DNA of 62,401 bases, counting the filler, from Chrysochromulina tobinii (Eukaryota), in assembly GCA_001275005.1 (NCBI GenBank). It is 5 parts of 5 records of this genome, joined end to end, with 100 filler letters (N's around TTAATTAATTAA, not from the genome) between each part and the next. Parts side by side here need not be neighbours in the genome. Positions count along the whole stretch, not along the records: positions 7,938 to 32,777 come from JWZX01001057.1; 4 more parts are not named here. One strand, given 5' to 3'. The stretch's first letter is position 1. The number at the start of each line of letters is the position of its first letter. The notes beneath the pieces are model-generated. The model did no database searches, was not told where the DNA came from, and saw only the letters and a list, made by a program, of their open reading frames with translations. Below are positions 21,811 through 32,877 of this stretch, piece by piece. A program made the position numbers and the translations under genes.

Positions 21811-24800
21811 GTGCCACAGCACGAGCGCATTTATTTGCTGTTCTCGGCGATGCTGCAAGCGGAAGATGCAGGTAACGATTCTTCGGGAGCTGGCGTGTTG
21901 CCGGCCGCCGACTTTGAAGCAACTCCGGGTGGTGGCCAAGTACAGGCAGCTCGGGGTGCTTTGAGGCATCGCGTGCGGCCTCCTGTTGCACCCGGTCCGG
22001 CGGCCGTACCCACCACTCCCGCGTTGGCGCTGCTGCCTCCGGAGCTGCTCGGTGCATTTGAGGCGGCGACGGCGGCACTGAGAGACGGTTCGCCAGGCAA
22101 GCAGCTCTTCCTCCGCGTGGCAGCGCTCGACTCAAGCCTCACGACGCTCGACCTCGCTCACGACCCGGAGATAGCACGCTGGCCCCTCGAACGCCAGGGC
22201 GCAGCGCTCGCGCTGCTCCAGGGCAGCCCGCACGTGACGAAGCTCAACCTGAGCGGCCTCAACCTGACGGATGCGGTGGCGCCGGCGCTGCGTGCGGTGC
22301 TCGAGGCGCCTACCAGTCGGCTGGAGGTGCTCAGCCTCGAGCAGAACGACTTCCGGGAGGCGGGTTTTCTCGCGATCATCGACGGGCTGCGCACCAACAC
22401 GGCGCTGCGCGAGCTCCGGCTCGAGGGGCAGAAGATGCCCACGTCCAAGCGCGCCGAGGAGGCGCTCGCGGCGGCGCTTGACAGCGGCGGTGCCACAAAG
22501 CTATGCAAGCTGGGCCTCACGCTCCGTAACGATGCCGCGCGTCGGCGCGTCGACGCGGCGCTCTTCCGAGCCGCGGAGCGTGCGCGCTCGCAGCGACAGA
22601 CTCTCCTCCCGAGGTCTTCTTTGGGCGAGGCCGAGATCGATCGAGATCAGCCTCTCCTCCCGAGGTCTTCTTTGGGCGCGGCCGAGATCGATCGAGATCA
22701 GCCTCTCCTCCCGAGGTCTTCTTTGGGCGCGGCCGAGATCGATCGAGCTCAGCCTCACTTTGCACCCGACGACGCACCGCCTGCTGTCGATGAGAAGGCA
22801 GCGGCGGAAGATACGGCCACGGCGGCGGAGCAGAGGGCAGCCGCCGTTGAGGCACAGAAGGAGGCAGCCGCCGTTGAGGCACAAAAGGAGGCAGCCGCCG
22901 AGAAGGAGGCAGCTGCGGAGAAGGCGGCGATGGAGGCGAAGGCAGCTGCGGAGAAGGCGGCGATGAAAGCGAAGGCAGCTGCGGAGAAGGCGGCGATGGA
23001 GGCGAAGGCAGCTGCGGAGAAGGCGGCGATGGAGGCGAAGGCAGCTGCGGAGAAGGCGGCGATGGACGAGAAAGCGGCAGCTGAGAAGGCGGCGATGGAG
23101 GAGAAGGCTGCAGCTGATGTTGTGGCAAGCTCTAATCACGCGACTAATCACGAGCCTCCCATTCCGAATGCAAGCTCTAGTGACGCGACTAATCACGAGC
23201 CTCACATTCCTAATTGGGTCAGTGGAGCTCATCGGCCGCCGCGCACTCCGGCGGTCTCAGAGCCTGTGCCGACTCCTGCGACAGCCAACGACGCCACCGG
23301 GCTTGAGGCTTGGCCTGGGGCTGTGGGTCTGTCTGCAAGGGCTGCGGCTCTCTTCACACCTCCGACCGCTGCACTCGAGCCGCCACCGACCTTCCTGATT
23401 GGGTATCATTCGCCCGCTGCGCGCGAGGTTCGCCAGCTGCACACCGCAGGTTCGCCTCGGCGCGCGAGCTCGCCCTGATGACCTCTGATTACCTCCCTCC
23501 TCAAGTGCTCCTCACCCTGATGACCTCTGATGGCCCCCCTCATCAGGCTCGCCTCGGCGTGCGAGCTCGCCCATGCGCCGCCTTGGCAAGCAGCTCGGCA
23601 AACATCTCGGCCTGCTGCCATCTCGAGCGACCGTCAGCGCTGGCTTGCGTGCGAAGCTAGGCGAAGCGTATGACCCACGGCGTCGAGTCTGGGCTCCTTG
23701 GGTGCGAGCAGCGGCGACGCGCTGGCAGTGCCGTCGTGCGGTGACGTGGCTCACGCATCAGCGGCTGCTACCGCGCTTCGACGCCTGGATCACTTTCACG
23801 AGGGGAGGGCGCGCATGGCGCAGTCGCATGCGGCGCGCTGTGATGAGCGCGCGCCGACCCGCGTTGTGTCGAGCGTGGCGAGCGTGGCAGCTAGGCGCAC
23901 GCCTCATGGCGCTGCGCCGAGCTCATTTTGTATGGCTCGTGGCAGCGCAGGCACGCCTCGACGATGCATCTGATTGCCACTGATTGCCACTGATTGCCAC
24001 CGATTGCCACTGATTGCCACTTATTGCCACCGATTGCCACTGATTGCCACTGATTGCCACTGATTGCCACTAATTGCAGGCACGCCGCGAGGGGAATGAG
24101 GCGTCGCGCTCCCTGCGCTCCGCCGCGGGCGAGTTCATGCGCGTTGTGCTCCTCCCGTCGCGACATCGGCACGCCATGCGTACGTGGATCGCACGCGCCT
24201 GCGCTTGGCGACTCGCCCGGGACGACGCCCGTTGCCTGACGGAGCAATTGATCCGGACGGCCTTCCTAATTTGGCAAGGTCACACGAGCCGCTGCCTCCA
24301 GATCATCAGCCACCGGCTCCATGCGATCAGCCACTACCAAATGGGATCTATCCAAGCTGCATGGCGAGCTTGGGCGGCCTGGGCGGCGACGTGCCGGCAT
24401 ACCCAAAAACGGGAACGTCAGCAAAAGCGGGCTACCCTCCAGGCAGCATGGCAGGGTTTGGCAGCGCATGCAGCAGCATGCCGGGCTGATATACAAACTC
24501 GTCAGGTGCTCCTCACCCTGATGACCTCTGGTGATCTCTGATGACCTCTGATGACCTCTGATGACCTCTGATGACCTCTGATGACCTCTGATGACCTCTG
24601 ATGACCTCTGATGACCTCATGTACAATCTATTCAGGTGACGCTCGAGCTCATCAGTCGCCATCAAGGGCACACGCGCGCGCTTGGGATGCGTGCGTGCAT
24701 GCATGCATGGGTGAGCTATGCGAACGCTGGGCGCCCGTTTCGGATGGACGAGCCGCCCTTGTTGCGGACGCGCCAGCTCGCGCGTGGGCGGGCTCTGGAC

Positions 24801-26855
24801 GCAGCTCTATGTCCGGAGGGGCTGATCGTGCTGCGCGTGCGTTACGCGGTCCGGTGCGGCTGATTGGGGCTGATTGGGACTGATTGGGGCTGATTGGGGC
24901 TGATTGGGGCTGATTGGGACTGATTGCGATTGGACACAGATGGATATTGATTGCCTCTGATGATGGCCACTGATCGAACCCTACAACGATCGTCTCCGTC
25001 TGAGTGCCTCTGATTGCCGCCGCTGACCTCCCTCATCAGGTGCTCCTCACCCTGATGACCTCTGATTGCCTCCCTCATCAGGTGCAAGCATCGGAGCTGG
25101 CGAGTGTGGCGCGAGGCGACCGATTTGGAGCAGCGCCGACGCCTCCTCCGCGCTCTGCGTCTCCTCCTCACGACGTCGAAACGACGTGCGCTTCGTCACT
25201 GGGCCGATCTCGCCTCAATCTGGAGGCGCGAGCTCGGAGGGCAGTGGCGTTACCGCCAGCTGTGCCTGGCGGAGGGCTATGGCACGTGGCGCGTGTGGTG
25301 GGAGGCGATCGCACACACGGGCGAGGCGGCGGCGTATGCTCACGATCAATGGCGACGCCGGAAGCTGCTGCTCGCCGATGGCTTCATGACGTGGCGCCTG
25401 TGGCACGCCAGGGCGGCAGGCACGCACACGAGCGAGAGTGCGTGCGAGAATGAAAGCGAGATCACGGCGCACGCGCAAGCGCGCGCGGCCGTTGCACACG
25501 CCACCAAGACGCTTTCCCTGGCTACATACCCGAACGGACGCCTGGCGCCCGAAACGGCGCTGTTCACAGACACCCCTAATTACGCCCATCACGGCGCGTG
25601 CCTCGGTGCGCGGCCGTTGTGGTCTACGGCCGTTGTGGGGGCGGCGGGTGGCTCCGCGCCGTTGTGGGCGATGGGTGGCTCCGCGCCGTTGAGGGCAGCG
25701 CTGCGGCACGAGGCGTTGCGTCGGGCACTCGATGCATGGACGGACCAGTTCATGCGCCGCTCGGCACGGCGGCGTGCGCACGAGTACGCTCAGCTCTTCT
25801 TCCACAACAGCCTCCTGAGCCGCGTCCTTGTGGCATGGGCTACGTTTGTGCAGCGTCGGCGTGGCGCGAGTCAGACGAGCCCCGAAGCCGCCGCCGAGGA
25901 GGCTGCGGCACATCCGGGCGTTGTCGTGGGCGCCGCCGAGGAGTCTGCGGCACAGCTGGGCGTTGTCGTGGGCGAGTCGTCCACCATTCATCTCGTGCCT
26001 GCAAGTGAGAAGGCTCTGTATGAGAGGCGCGTCTCCCAGATGCAAGGGGAGCTCAGGGCGGCCGCATCCTCGGCGTTGCTCGTCGGTGCTGGGAAGCTCT
26101 CTCTGGGCCGGCCGCAAAGCCCTCCCTCGCCCTGCACGGCGCTCGTGTCGAGCACCTCATCGCCCTCCCTGCAACCTGATCTGCAACCGACTCTGCAACC
26201 AGCCCTGCAACCTGCCCGGCAACCGCCGACCATTCCGGTGCCACCCGCTGGCGCGGCGTTGTCGTGGGCAGCGCCGGCCGTTCGGGTGCCACCCATCGCC
26301 CCGCCGCTCTCGACAACGGCACCACCCGCCGGAGCGACGTTGTCGCGGGCACCACCCGCTGTAGCGCTCAGCCCGCAGACAGGAGGCCGGTCGAACCAAT
26401 TGACCAGCCAATTGACGAACCAATCGGACAGCCCATTGACGAACCAATTGACCAGCCTATTGACGAACCCATTGACCAGCCCATCGACGAACCAATTGAC
26501 CAGCCTATTGACGAACCAATTGACCAGCCCATTGACGAACCAATTGACGAACCACCAAGGGTTCGAGGGCATGTCGAGTCGGCCCAAGAGGGATCCGTCC
26601 AATCCGTCCACCTATGGGCGTTCACCGCGCAGCGGGCTCGCGGCACTGATCGCGGCCGGGGCAGCTGCCGGGGCAGCTGCCGGGGCGGCTGCACAAGCTC
26701 ACGCCCAATCTCCCGCCCGATCTCCAGGAGCCACGCCGATCTCGTCAATCTCGTCAATCTCGGCCACCTCGGCCAACTCGGCCACCTCGGTGTCAACGCA
26801 ACAGCTCCACGCTGTCCTCATGCGCTCCCGTCATCAGCTGCTGCGCCGCATGTAA
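21811..26855 (+). CDS. Tropomodulin-type LRR domain + Ala/Glu/Lys repeats + Sfi1-like Trp repeats
   Basis: ORFs 21811, 23573, 24074, 24636 and 25104 join in frame through introns 23450-23546, 23951-24079 (GC-AG), 24506-24635 and 24854-25081; LSLEQNDF..GLRTNTALRELRLEGQ..LCKLG..RAAERARSQR; recurring RAWRAW-type motifs; start may be 21850. Confidence 0.75.
22602..23115 (+). repeat. Coding tandem repeats: 48-bp x3 (LLPRSSLGAAEIDRDQP-like) and 33-bp x6 (AAAEKAAMEAK)
   Basis: Directly visible tandem units. Confidence 0.85.
26392..26554 (+). repeat. Coding 12/24-bp tandem repeat (NQLTSPLT)n
   Basis: gaaccaattgaccagcccattgac units. Confidence 0.9.
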
Positions 26856-27234
26856 CAAAGTACAAGCGGTCGCATGTAGATGTACAGCAGCGGCGGCAGC
26901 ACGGGTTGGCAGATCATCAGTAGATCCGATCGGTGGGAGCTGTTGCCGTACCGGGCCCCGCACCGGATTAGATACGAACGGCGCTCGGCGGAACGGGCGG
27001 CGGGAGCGGCCTCCTTTTTGCTTTTACCCTCTCTTGCGTCGGGGCCAGGCAGCGTTTTCTATAGCCTACGAGGAAAAAGGCGGTGACTAGGTAGGATGAT
27101 TTAAAAACGGCGTGTCGCGAGGAGCCCCGCGGAGGTGCGCCGACCGCCGTGACGTGCGCGGGGTCTCTTGAGTGTTGCGAGACGAAACCCGACGAAACCG
27201 ACGAAACCGCTCGCGGCCTCTCCCCAGCGCCGCC

Positions 27235-28185
27235 TCATGGTGTGTTGCAATCCTCGGGCTCGCCCTCGAGCGCCGCTTCGAGGTCGAGCTCACGAAGCGC
27301 AGGCGTGCACGGTCCAAGTACCGCTGCTCGAGCGCCGACCAACACGGCGCCTGCTCCTAATTTGGAAGCACCTCTCCTAATTTGTTCGGCCGTCGACTTC
27401 GTGGCAATGGCGGCCGCGCCCCGGAGGGCGCCACTCTGACCGACGAGCAAGTCGACCACCTCGTCCTCTGCGGAGTCGGGGCTGTCCATGTCTGCGCCAT
27501 GGTCGCCGGGACGAGCGCCACCGCGGCCTGTTGGCGCATACCGGCCTTGGTCGTCGTCGTCGTCGTCGGCGCCGGCGTCGTTCTTCGAACTGGCCGCCTC
27601 ACGCGCGCCGGAGAGCACATGGTCGCGCCACCACACGCAGTCGAGGGCCAGCAAGAGCACGGCGATCATCGGCGGTATGCAAGCCGGCAGCGCACCAAAC
27701 TTGCTCGCGGTCACTGGAAAGAAGTAGACGTCGCGGGCACCGCAGTAAAGCCACAGCGCTCGTCGGAAGGCGAAGACGGCACTGCGCGCGTGGAAGCGCG
27801 GCTGCAGCGGTAGCAAGCGGCACGCCGTCAGCGCCTCGCCCAGCACGTAGAAGAAATACCCGCGCGGCGGCGAGGGCACAAGGAAGGCGGCGGTGGCGAC
27901 GCCGACGATTGCGTGGTGCAGGAAAACAGCACCCATCGAGCGCCGGAATTGGTGGCGGCACATGACACCGACAGCCGTGTCGACGACTAGATACAGCAGA
28001 AAGAAGGCTGCGATCAAGAAGCCCGCCGTACCAGATGGAGCCGAAATGACCCTGTATGCATCTGGCGCCCAAAAGATCAAGGAGGCGGGCTCCGAGAGCA
28101 CGACGACTACAGAGCCTAGCGTGACGAAGAGGCACGCCCAGCCACGGAGATCATTGCAGGCGACCTCGAATGCGGTGGTCGGCAT
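27235..28185 (-). CDS. TLC (TRAM/LAG1/CLN8)-domain membrane protein
   Basis: FFLLYLVVD...FLHHA...GEALT motif series with multiple TM helices; ATG at 28185. Confidence 0.65.
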   Translation of the reverse strand: MPTTAFEVACNDLRGWACLFVTLGSVVVVLSEPASLIFWAPDAYRVISAPSGTAGFLIAAFFLLYLVVDTAVGVMCRHQFRRSMGAVFLHHAIVGVATAAFLVPSPPRGYFFYVLGEALTACRLLPLQPRFHARSAVFAFRRALWLYCGARDVYFFPVTASKFGALPACIPPMIAVLLLALDCVWWRDHVLSGAREAASSKNDAGADDDDDDQGRYAPTGRGGARPGDHGADMDSPDSAEDEVVDLLVGQSGALRGAAAIATKSTAEQIRRGASKLGAGAVLVGARAAVLGPCTPALRELDLEAALEGEPEDCNTP

Positions 28186-28587
28186 ACAAACCCTGCAGAG
28201 ACGCGCGAGCGTTAGTCGAGGCAGCGGCAAGCACAGGGCTTCTCCGTGAGAGGCCCCGCAATCAAGTCGAGGATGCGCATGCAAGCGGAGGGAAAAGGGG
28301 GAAGGGGGGGACGGGGATGCGTCGGAAGTACAAACAAAGGGTTCTGAAGCTCAAACAGGAGTGGACAACCTCTGTGGTGGGGGGTGGGGAGCTGCAGATA
28401 GGTGCACCTTCAATAAAGCTTACAATAAGCTGTGGCTCTCTATATTACTATGTTGCCGCCGGTGGGCACTCAGGACGTCAGGAGGTCCATCTGGCTGCCG
28501 TGGGCGAGGCCGAGCACGAGGCCGAGCGCGAGCTCCAGGCAGTGGCACATGCCCTCTCCCCAGATGGGCGCGCGCTCATGGTTACGC

Positions 28588-29080
28588 TCATGGGGGCGGG
28601 TGGCAATGTACCTTCACGTCCAATGAAAGGTACAAGTTCGCCGTTGAGTTCTTCCTTCCCGGCCGTCTGAAGCTCGTCTTCTCCCTACCTCCTGTCTCGC
28701 GGCGGCCGCCACCCGTCAAATTCTTGAATCCCGAAGTTGCCATCGTGGACTTGACGAGCGTAAGAGACTCCGACTCGGAGTGTTCCATGATTTGCTGGGG
28801 TGAGAGCATCTCCTCGGCCGAGCGTAAGAGACTCCGACTCGGAGTGTTCCATGATTTGCTGGGGTGAGAGCATCTCCTCGGCCGCCGACCCATTGAGCTG
28901 GGCGAGAGCTTGTGCTGCTTTTCTTGCGACAAGTTCGTCCAGCCTGCAGCAGCCCAGTTGAATATTTAGACGTCCTTGTCGTCCTCAGCAACGTGCTTGA
29001 CGTCCTCCTCCTCGAATAAAACAAAGATCTGGTCGCCCTCCAACCAATCTGCCGCTCCAGTGCGATGATGATCTGCAACA
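28588..29080 (-). pseudogene. Degraded coding fragment with a 64-bp tandem duplication
   Basis: Coding-like peptide (QIFVLFEEEDVKHVAEDDKDV*IFNW...) broken by a stop; exact duplication 28755-28818 / 28819-28882 shifts the frame. Confidence 0.4.
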
Positions 29081-29972
29081 GGGGAGAGCACGGATTAGAA
29101 ACGGGATTGCAGTAAGTGAGAGCGCGCAAAGGCGCGCAAAGGCTGCCTGCCGCATGGCTGGCTACGCCCCCTCCCCTGGCTGCAGGATCTCGACGATGCT
29201 TAGGCTACCGAGGGAATTCCATTCACACAGGGAAGTTGATTGTGTGCAAGCACGCGTGTGCACGCGGCCACGCGCGCACGCGAGCGAACCTGTTGCAGCC
29301 GCCATCGTGAGCGCATGGAGTGGGTTTTCGCGGGCGGCCGGCGTTCACCTAGAGCTGCGCGAGCACGATAGCTCGACGATCTTTCCCGCGATCTTTAGTG
29401 GCCACCTCCTCCATTGCCAGCTGACGGCGTCGTGCGACGAGAGTGGTCAGCTGTAGGTCGAGTGCAGCTGCCTCGCGCTGCAGCTCAAAGACGGTCGCCT
29501 GGCTTGTGAAAGACGGTCGCCTGGCTTGTGGGTCACCGATCGTGCTCGGCGCGGCACCTGTGCATCTGCCCGCGCGCGGAGAGTGACGGTGTCCCAATTG
29601 CTCTCATCTGCACAGCCCCCCAGCTGCACCTGTGAGCAACGAGTGGGCGAGACTCGACACAGAGGCTCAGGTGACGCTAACACACTTGCCCTCACGAGTC
29701 AAGCGTGACGAGCGTCCAAAGGCCATCTCACAGGTGCGCCATCGGCCCGACGCGCCCGAGCGTGGGAGGCGTCAGCAGCCCACCTTCGCGCCTACGCTCA
29801 CCGAGGGTCTTCGGGAGCTTTTTTGCCTGCGTAGCGCCTAGACCCTCAGCGACGGTCGAAACGGCGTCGACGTCGGTTCAAATCACAGCCATTTCACAAT
29901 CATTTCACATCTCATCAAGAGCGGCGCGGCGATGCGGGCTGGCGTCGCAGGCGCGGGTGTACGGAGCTCTGA

Positions 29973-32349
29973 GTGGAAATGAATCCGTCGAACAGCGCGG
30001 AGAAGCCATCCCTTCGAATCGCCCTCTGTTACGCATTCCAGGCCGTGCTGCTACTCGCTACCGTCGTGCCCATGGCCAGCCCCATTACGCTTCCATACAT
30101 TCCGACGGTCCATCTGTTTGGGGTGCACGTCTACTTGCATGGCTTGTTCGCGATGCCCCTCGCGGTCCACTTGTGCATCCTGCCCGTGACCCTGATTATG
30201 TGCATAGTAATGAGCATCGTCTTTTGCGTCGAGATCGGCTATCTTCCATTCTCGCTGCAGTGCCTCATCGTCGGCATCAGGCTGGGCTTCTGCCGTGGTA
30301 TTCCCTTGCCGAAACATCTCGAGTGGTCCCCATCGCTTCGCGAGTCACTCTCACACCCGAGAGGTACGAGCCCTGCCGTCTCCTCCGAAGAAGCGCAGGC
30401 CGCCGCACAGCGCTACCTCGGACACGACGCGGTCTGGGCAGCGCTTGAAGGCGACGGCGGCAAGGAGGGCGAGCGACCTGTGCGCCTGGTGCGCCTGTCT
30501 TGGTTGCTCGCGCTCGGCGATCCAAAAAGCAGCGTGTACGAAAAATACGGCGGCGTGCTGCCGCGGAGGCAGGAGCTGCCCGAGGCCGCCTTCATCGGCG
30601 TCGACGAGCTGAAGGAGATCTCACGGCTGGCAAAGCGCGGCGTGGACTGGTACCTCCTCGTCGAGACGCTGATTGCTGTACAAAGTGGTGGCGGAAATCC
30701 ATTCAAGCGCGTGTGGCGCTTCCTATCCGACGTCTGCACGTGCAAGTTTGTCCGGCGCAACGTCGACGAACTGCTTCCTATCGTCGCCGTCTCATAGTAG
30801 GCGTCACGGCGCGTCGAACGCCCAGGCACCTGTGTCTCAATCCTCCTCGTTGAGTCGATGTCGGCGCCCACCTCTCACACTGTCCGCGTGCCCCGCTTGC
30901 ACTCGCAGCTGCTGGTTGGAACCGAGACACCCGGACTGCGAGGGCGAGCAGCTGAAGGTGCTGTGCACACGGCTGAAGACCCTCTTCCCAAGCCTCTGCT
31001 TGCTGCGTCGCTCTGGGCTGCTCGGCGTGTGCCAAGCCTACGGCTTCCGCGACATGGGCGTCTTCTTCGACTGGGCCTCCCTCTTTCAGAAGGATCACAA
31101 GCTGTGGACTCCGGCCGAGCTCGTCGCCGAGGAGAAGCGCACCGAGGGCCAGCGGGACGCGGCCAAGCTCTACCGCGAGAGCCGAACGCAGGCGCAAGGG
31201 CTGGCGACGAAATTTGCACTGGATCACACGATGGACTTGTGGTACGCGCACTCCAAGACGACGGTCGTTCTGCTCACCGAGCTGCCCAAGAAGCTGCCGG
31301 ACTCGTTCGATGCCAAGCGCACGTACGAGAGCCGCGGCTGGACGACATTCGAACGGTGCTCTGCGGAGCTCGGCAAGACGGTCACCCTTCAGCAGGCGGG
31401 CTGGACCCTCGTCATCGACCTCGGCGAGCAGCGTGCAGCACTTCGCAGGCTGCCGACAACGCCCGAGCGGATGGGGGAGCTCCTCAAGGAGCGCAGTTTC
31501 ACCAACGGCGCCGACCAGGCGCAGGTGCTCGCACTCTACGAGAGGACGGCACGCGCCGTCCTCGGTGGCATCAAGCAGCTCTCTTTCTTCGGCATCCCCT
31601 TCGACCCAAAGGATCCGTGGCGCTCGCCGGAGCGGCTCGGCCTGGCGCTCAACTTTTGCGTCAACCTGAAGAAGCTCGACCTCAACTTTACCGGCCTCAC
31701 CGATGAGCATCTCAAATCCATCAGCGACGTCCTCTCCAAAGGCGCTCTGCCCCAACTCGAGCAGCTCATGCTCGGATTCAACCGCCTCGGCCCACGCGGC
31801 ATGGAGGCCCTCGGCAGCGCGCTGGTCAGCGGCGTCGCGCCCGGCCTCAAGGTCATGCTCTTCACCGCCAACGACTTTGGTGACGCGGGTCTGCAGTCCT
31901 TCGCAACCTTCATCGCCAACAGCATGGCGCCCAAGCTGCAGATGGTCGAGCTGAGCGGCAACAACTTTGGCGATGCCGGTGCATTCGCCCTTGCTGGCGC
32001 GCTGCGGCAGCGGCTGGCCAGCGGCGAGTGCAAAGTCGGAATCAACTTTTTCTTCCTTGGCAACCACGTGGGTGGTCGCGGTCGCTTGGCGCTCTCTGCT
32101 GCAATCGAGGCGTCGAACAAAGAGCCGGACCTCTTGAAATTCATCCTTTCCAACGCTACGAACGCCCTCTATCCGCGCGATTTCAAGGTGGTCTGCGTGC
32201 GCACCTTCAAGCACGAAATGTACTCGTACCTCCACGCGAAGTACGGCCATGCGCGAGGCAAGCGCGACCCTTCAATGCAGCCGCAGGAAGATCTGAGATG
32301 TGATCTGGCCTCAGCACATGCACAGGACCTTGAGGCAGCCAGCTGCTAA
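29973..32349 (+). CDS. N-terminal TM helices + HET-like domain + RNI-type LRR (NLRC3-like repeats)
   Basis: Intron 30797-30908 restores IVAVSYCWLEPRHPD; motifs VFFDWASLFQ, MDLWYAH, YESRGWTTFE; LRRs LKKLDLNFTGL, LEQLMLGFNRLG, LQMVELSGNNFGD. Confidence 0.75.
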
Positions 32350-32777
32350 GGTTGCGCCGGCGCGAACGCCGTCCACGTGGAAGGCAAGGCCGGGCGTGGG
32401 CGCGGGGCGGAGGCGGCGGGGGCGATTGTGTGGCGTTCCTTTTTGAACAGCCCTGTGCGGGCGGTTCCGTTCGTTCGACGCGTTGGTTTATTTTGCGCTA
32501 TTCATTTCCAAAACAGCGTAATACCATAACACCCCGCGCCGGGGGCAGCCCGGCACCCCGGCACGGCAACCAGATGATACTCGCAGACGCCAGACCAGGA
32601 GCCCATGCAGGAGCCGCGCGACGAGACCCGCACTGAATTCAAAATCAGGTGGTGGGGATAGTACATAGAGTTCCATACACCATCAGTATGGTTGTTTCTA
32701 ACGCTGAGGCGTTAGATTGGTTGTCTTCAGGGGCAAGCAACTATAAGGGGCGGTAGGGCGCTCGCTCCGGCGCTGAG

Positions 32778-32877
32778 NNNNNNNNNNNNNNNNNNNNNNN
32801 NNNNNNNNNNNNNNNNNNNNNTTAATTAATTAANNNNNNNNNNNNNNNNNNNNNNNNNNNNNNNNNNNNNNNNNNNN
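32778..32877. other. Artificial contig linker
   Basis: N44 + TTAATTAATTAA + N44. Confidence 0.99.

Noticed and set aside
24520..24620. CTGATGA repeats resembling a hammerhead ribozyme core or snoRNA box C
   Set aside because: No GAAA partner or stems; it is simply part of the decamer microsatellite
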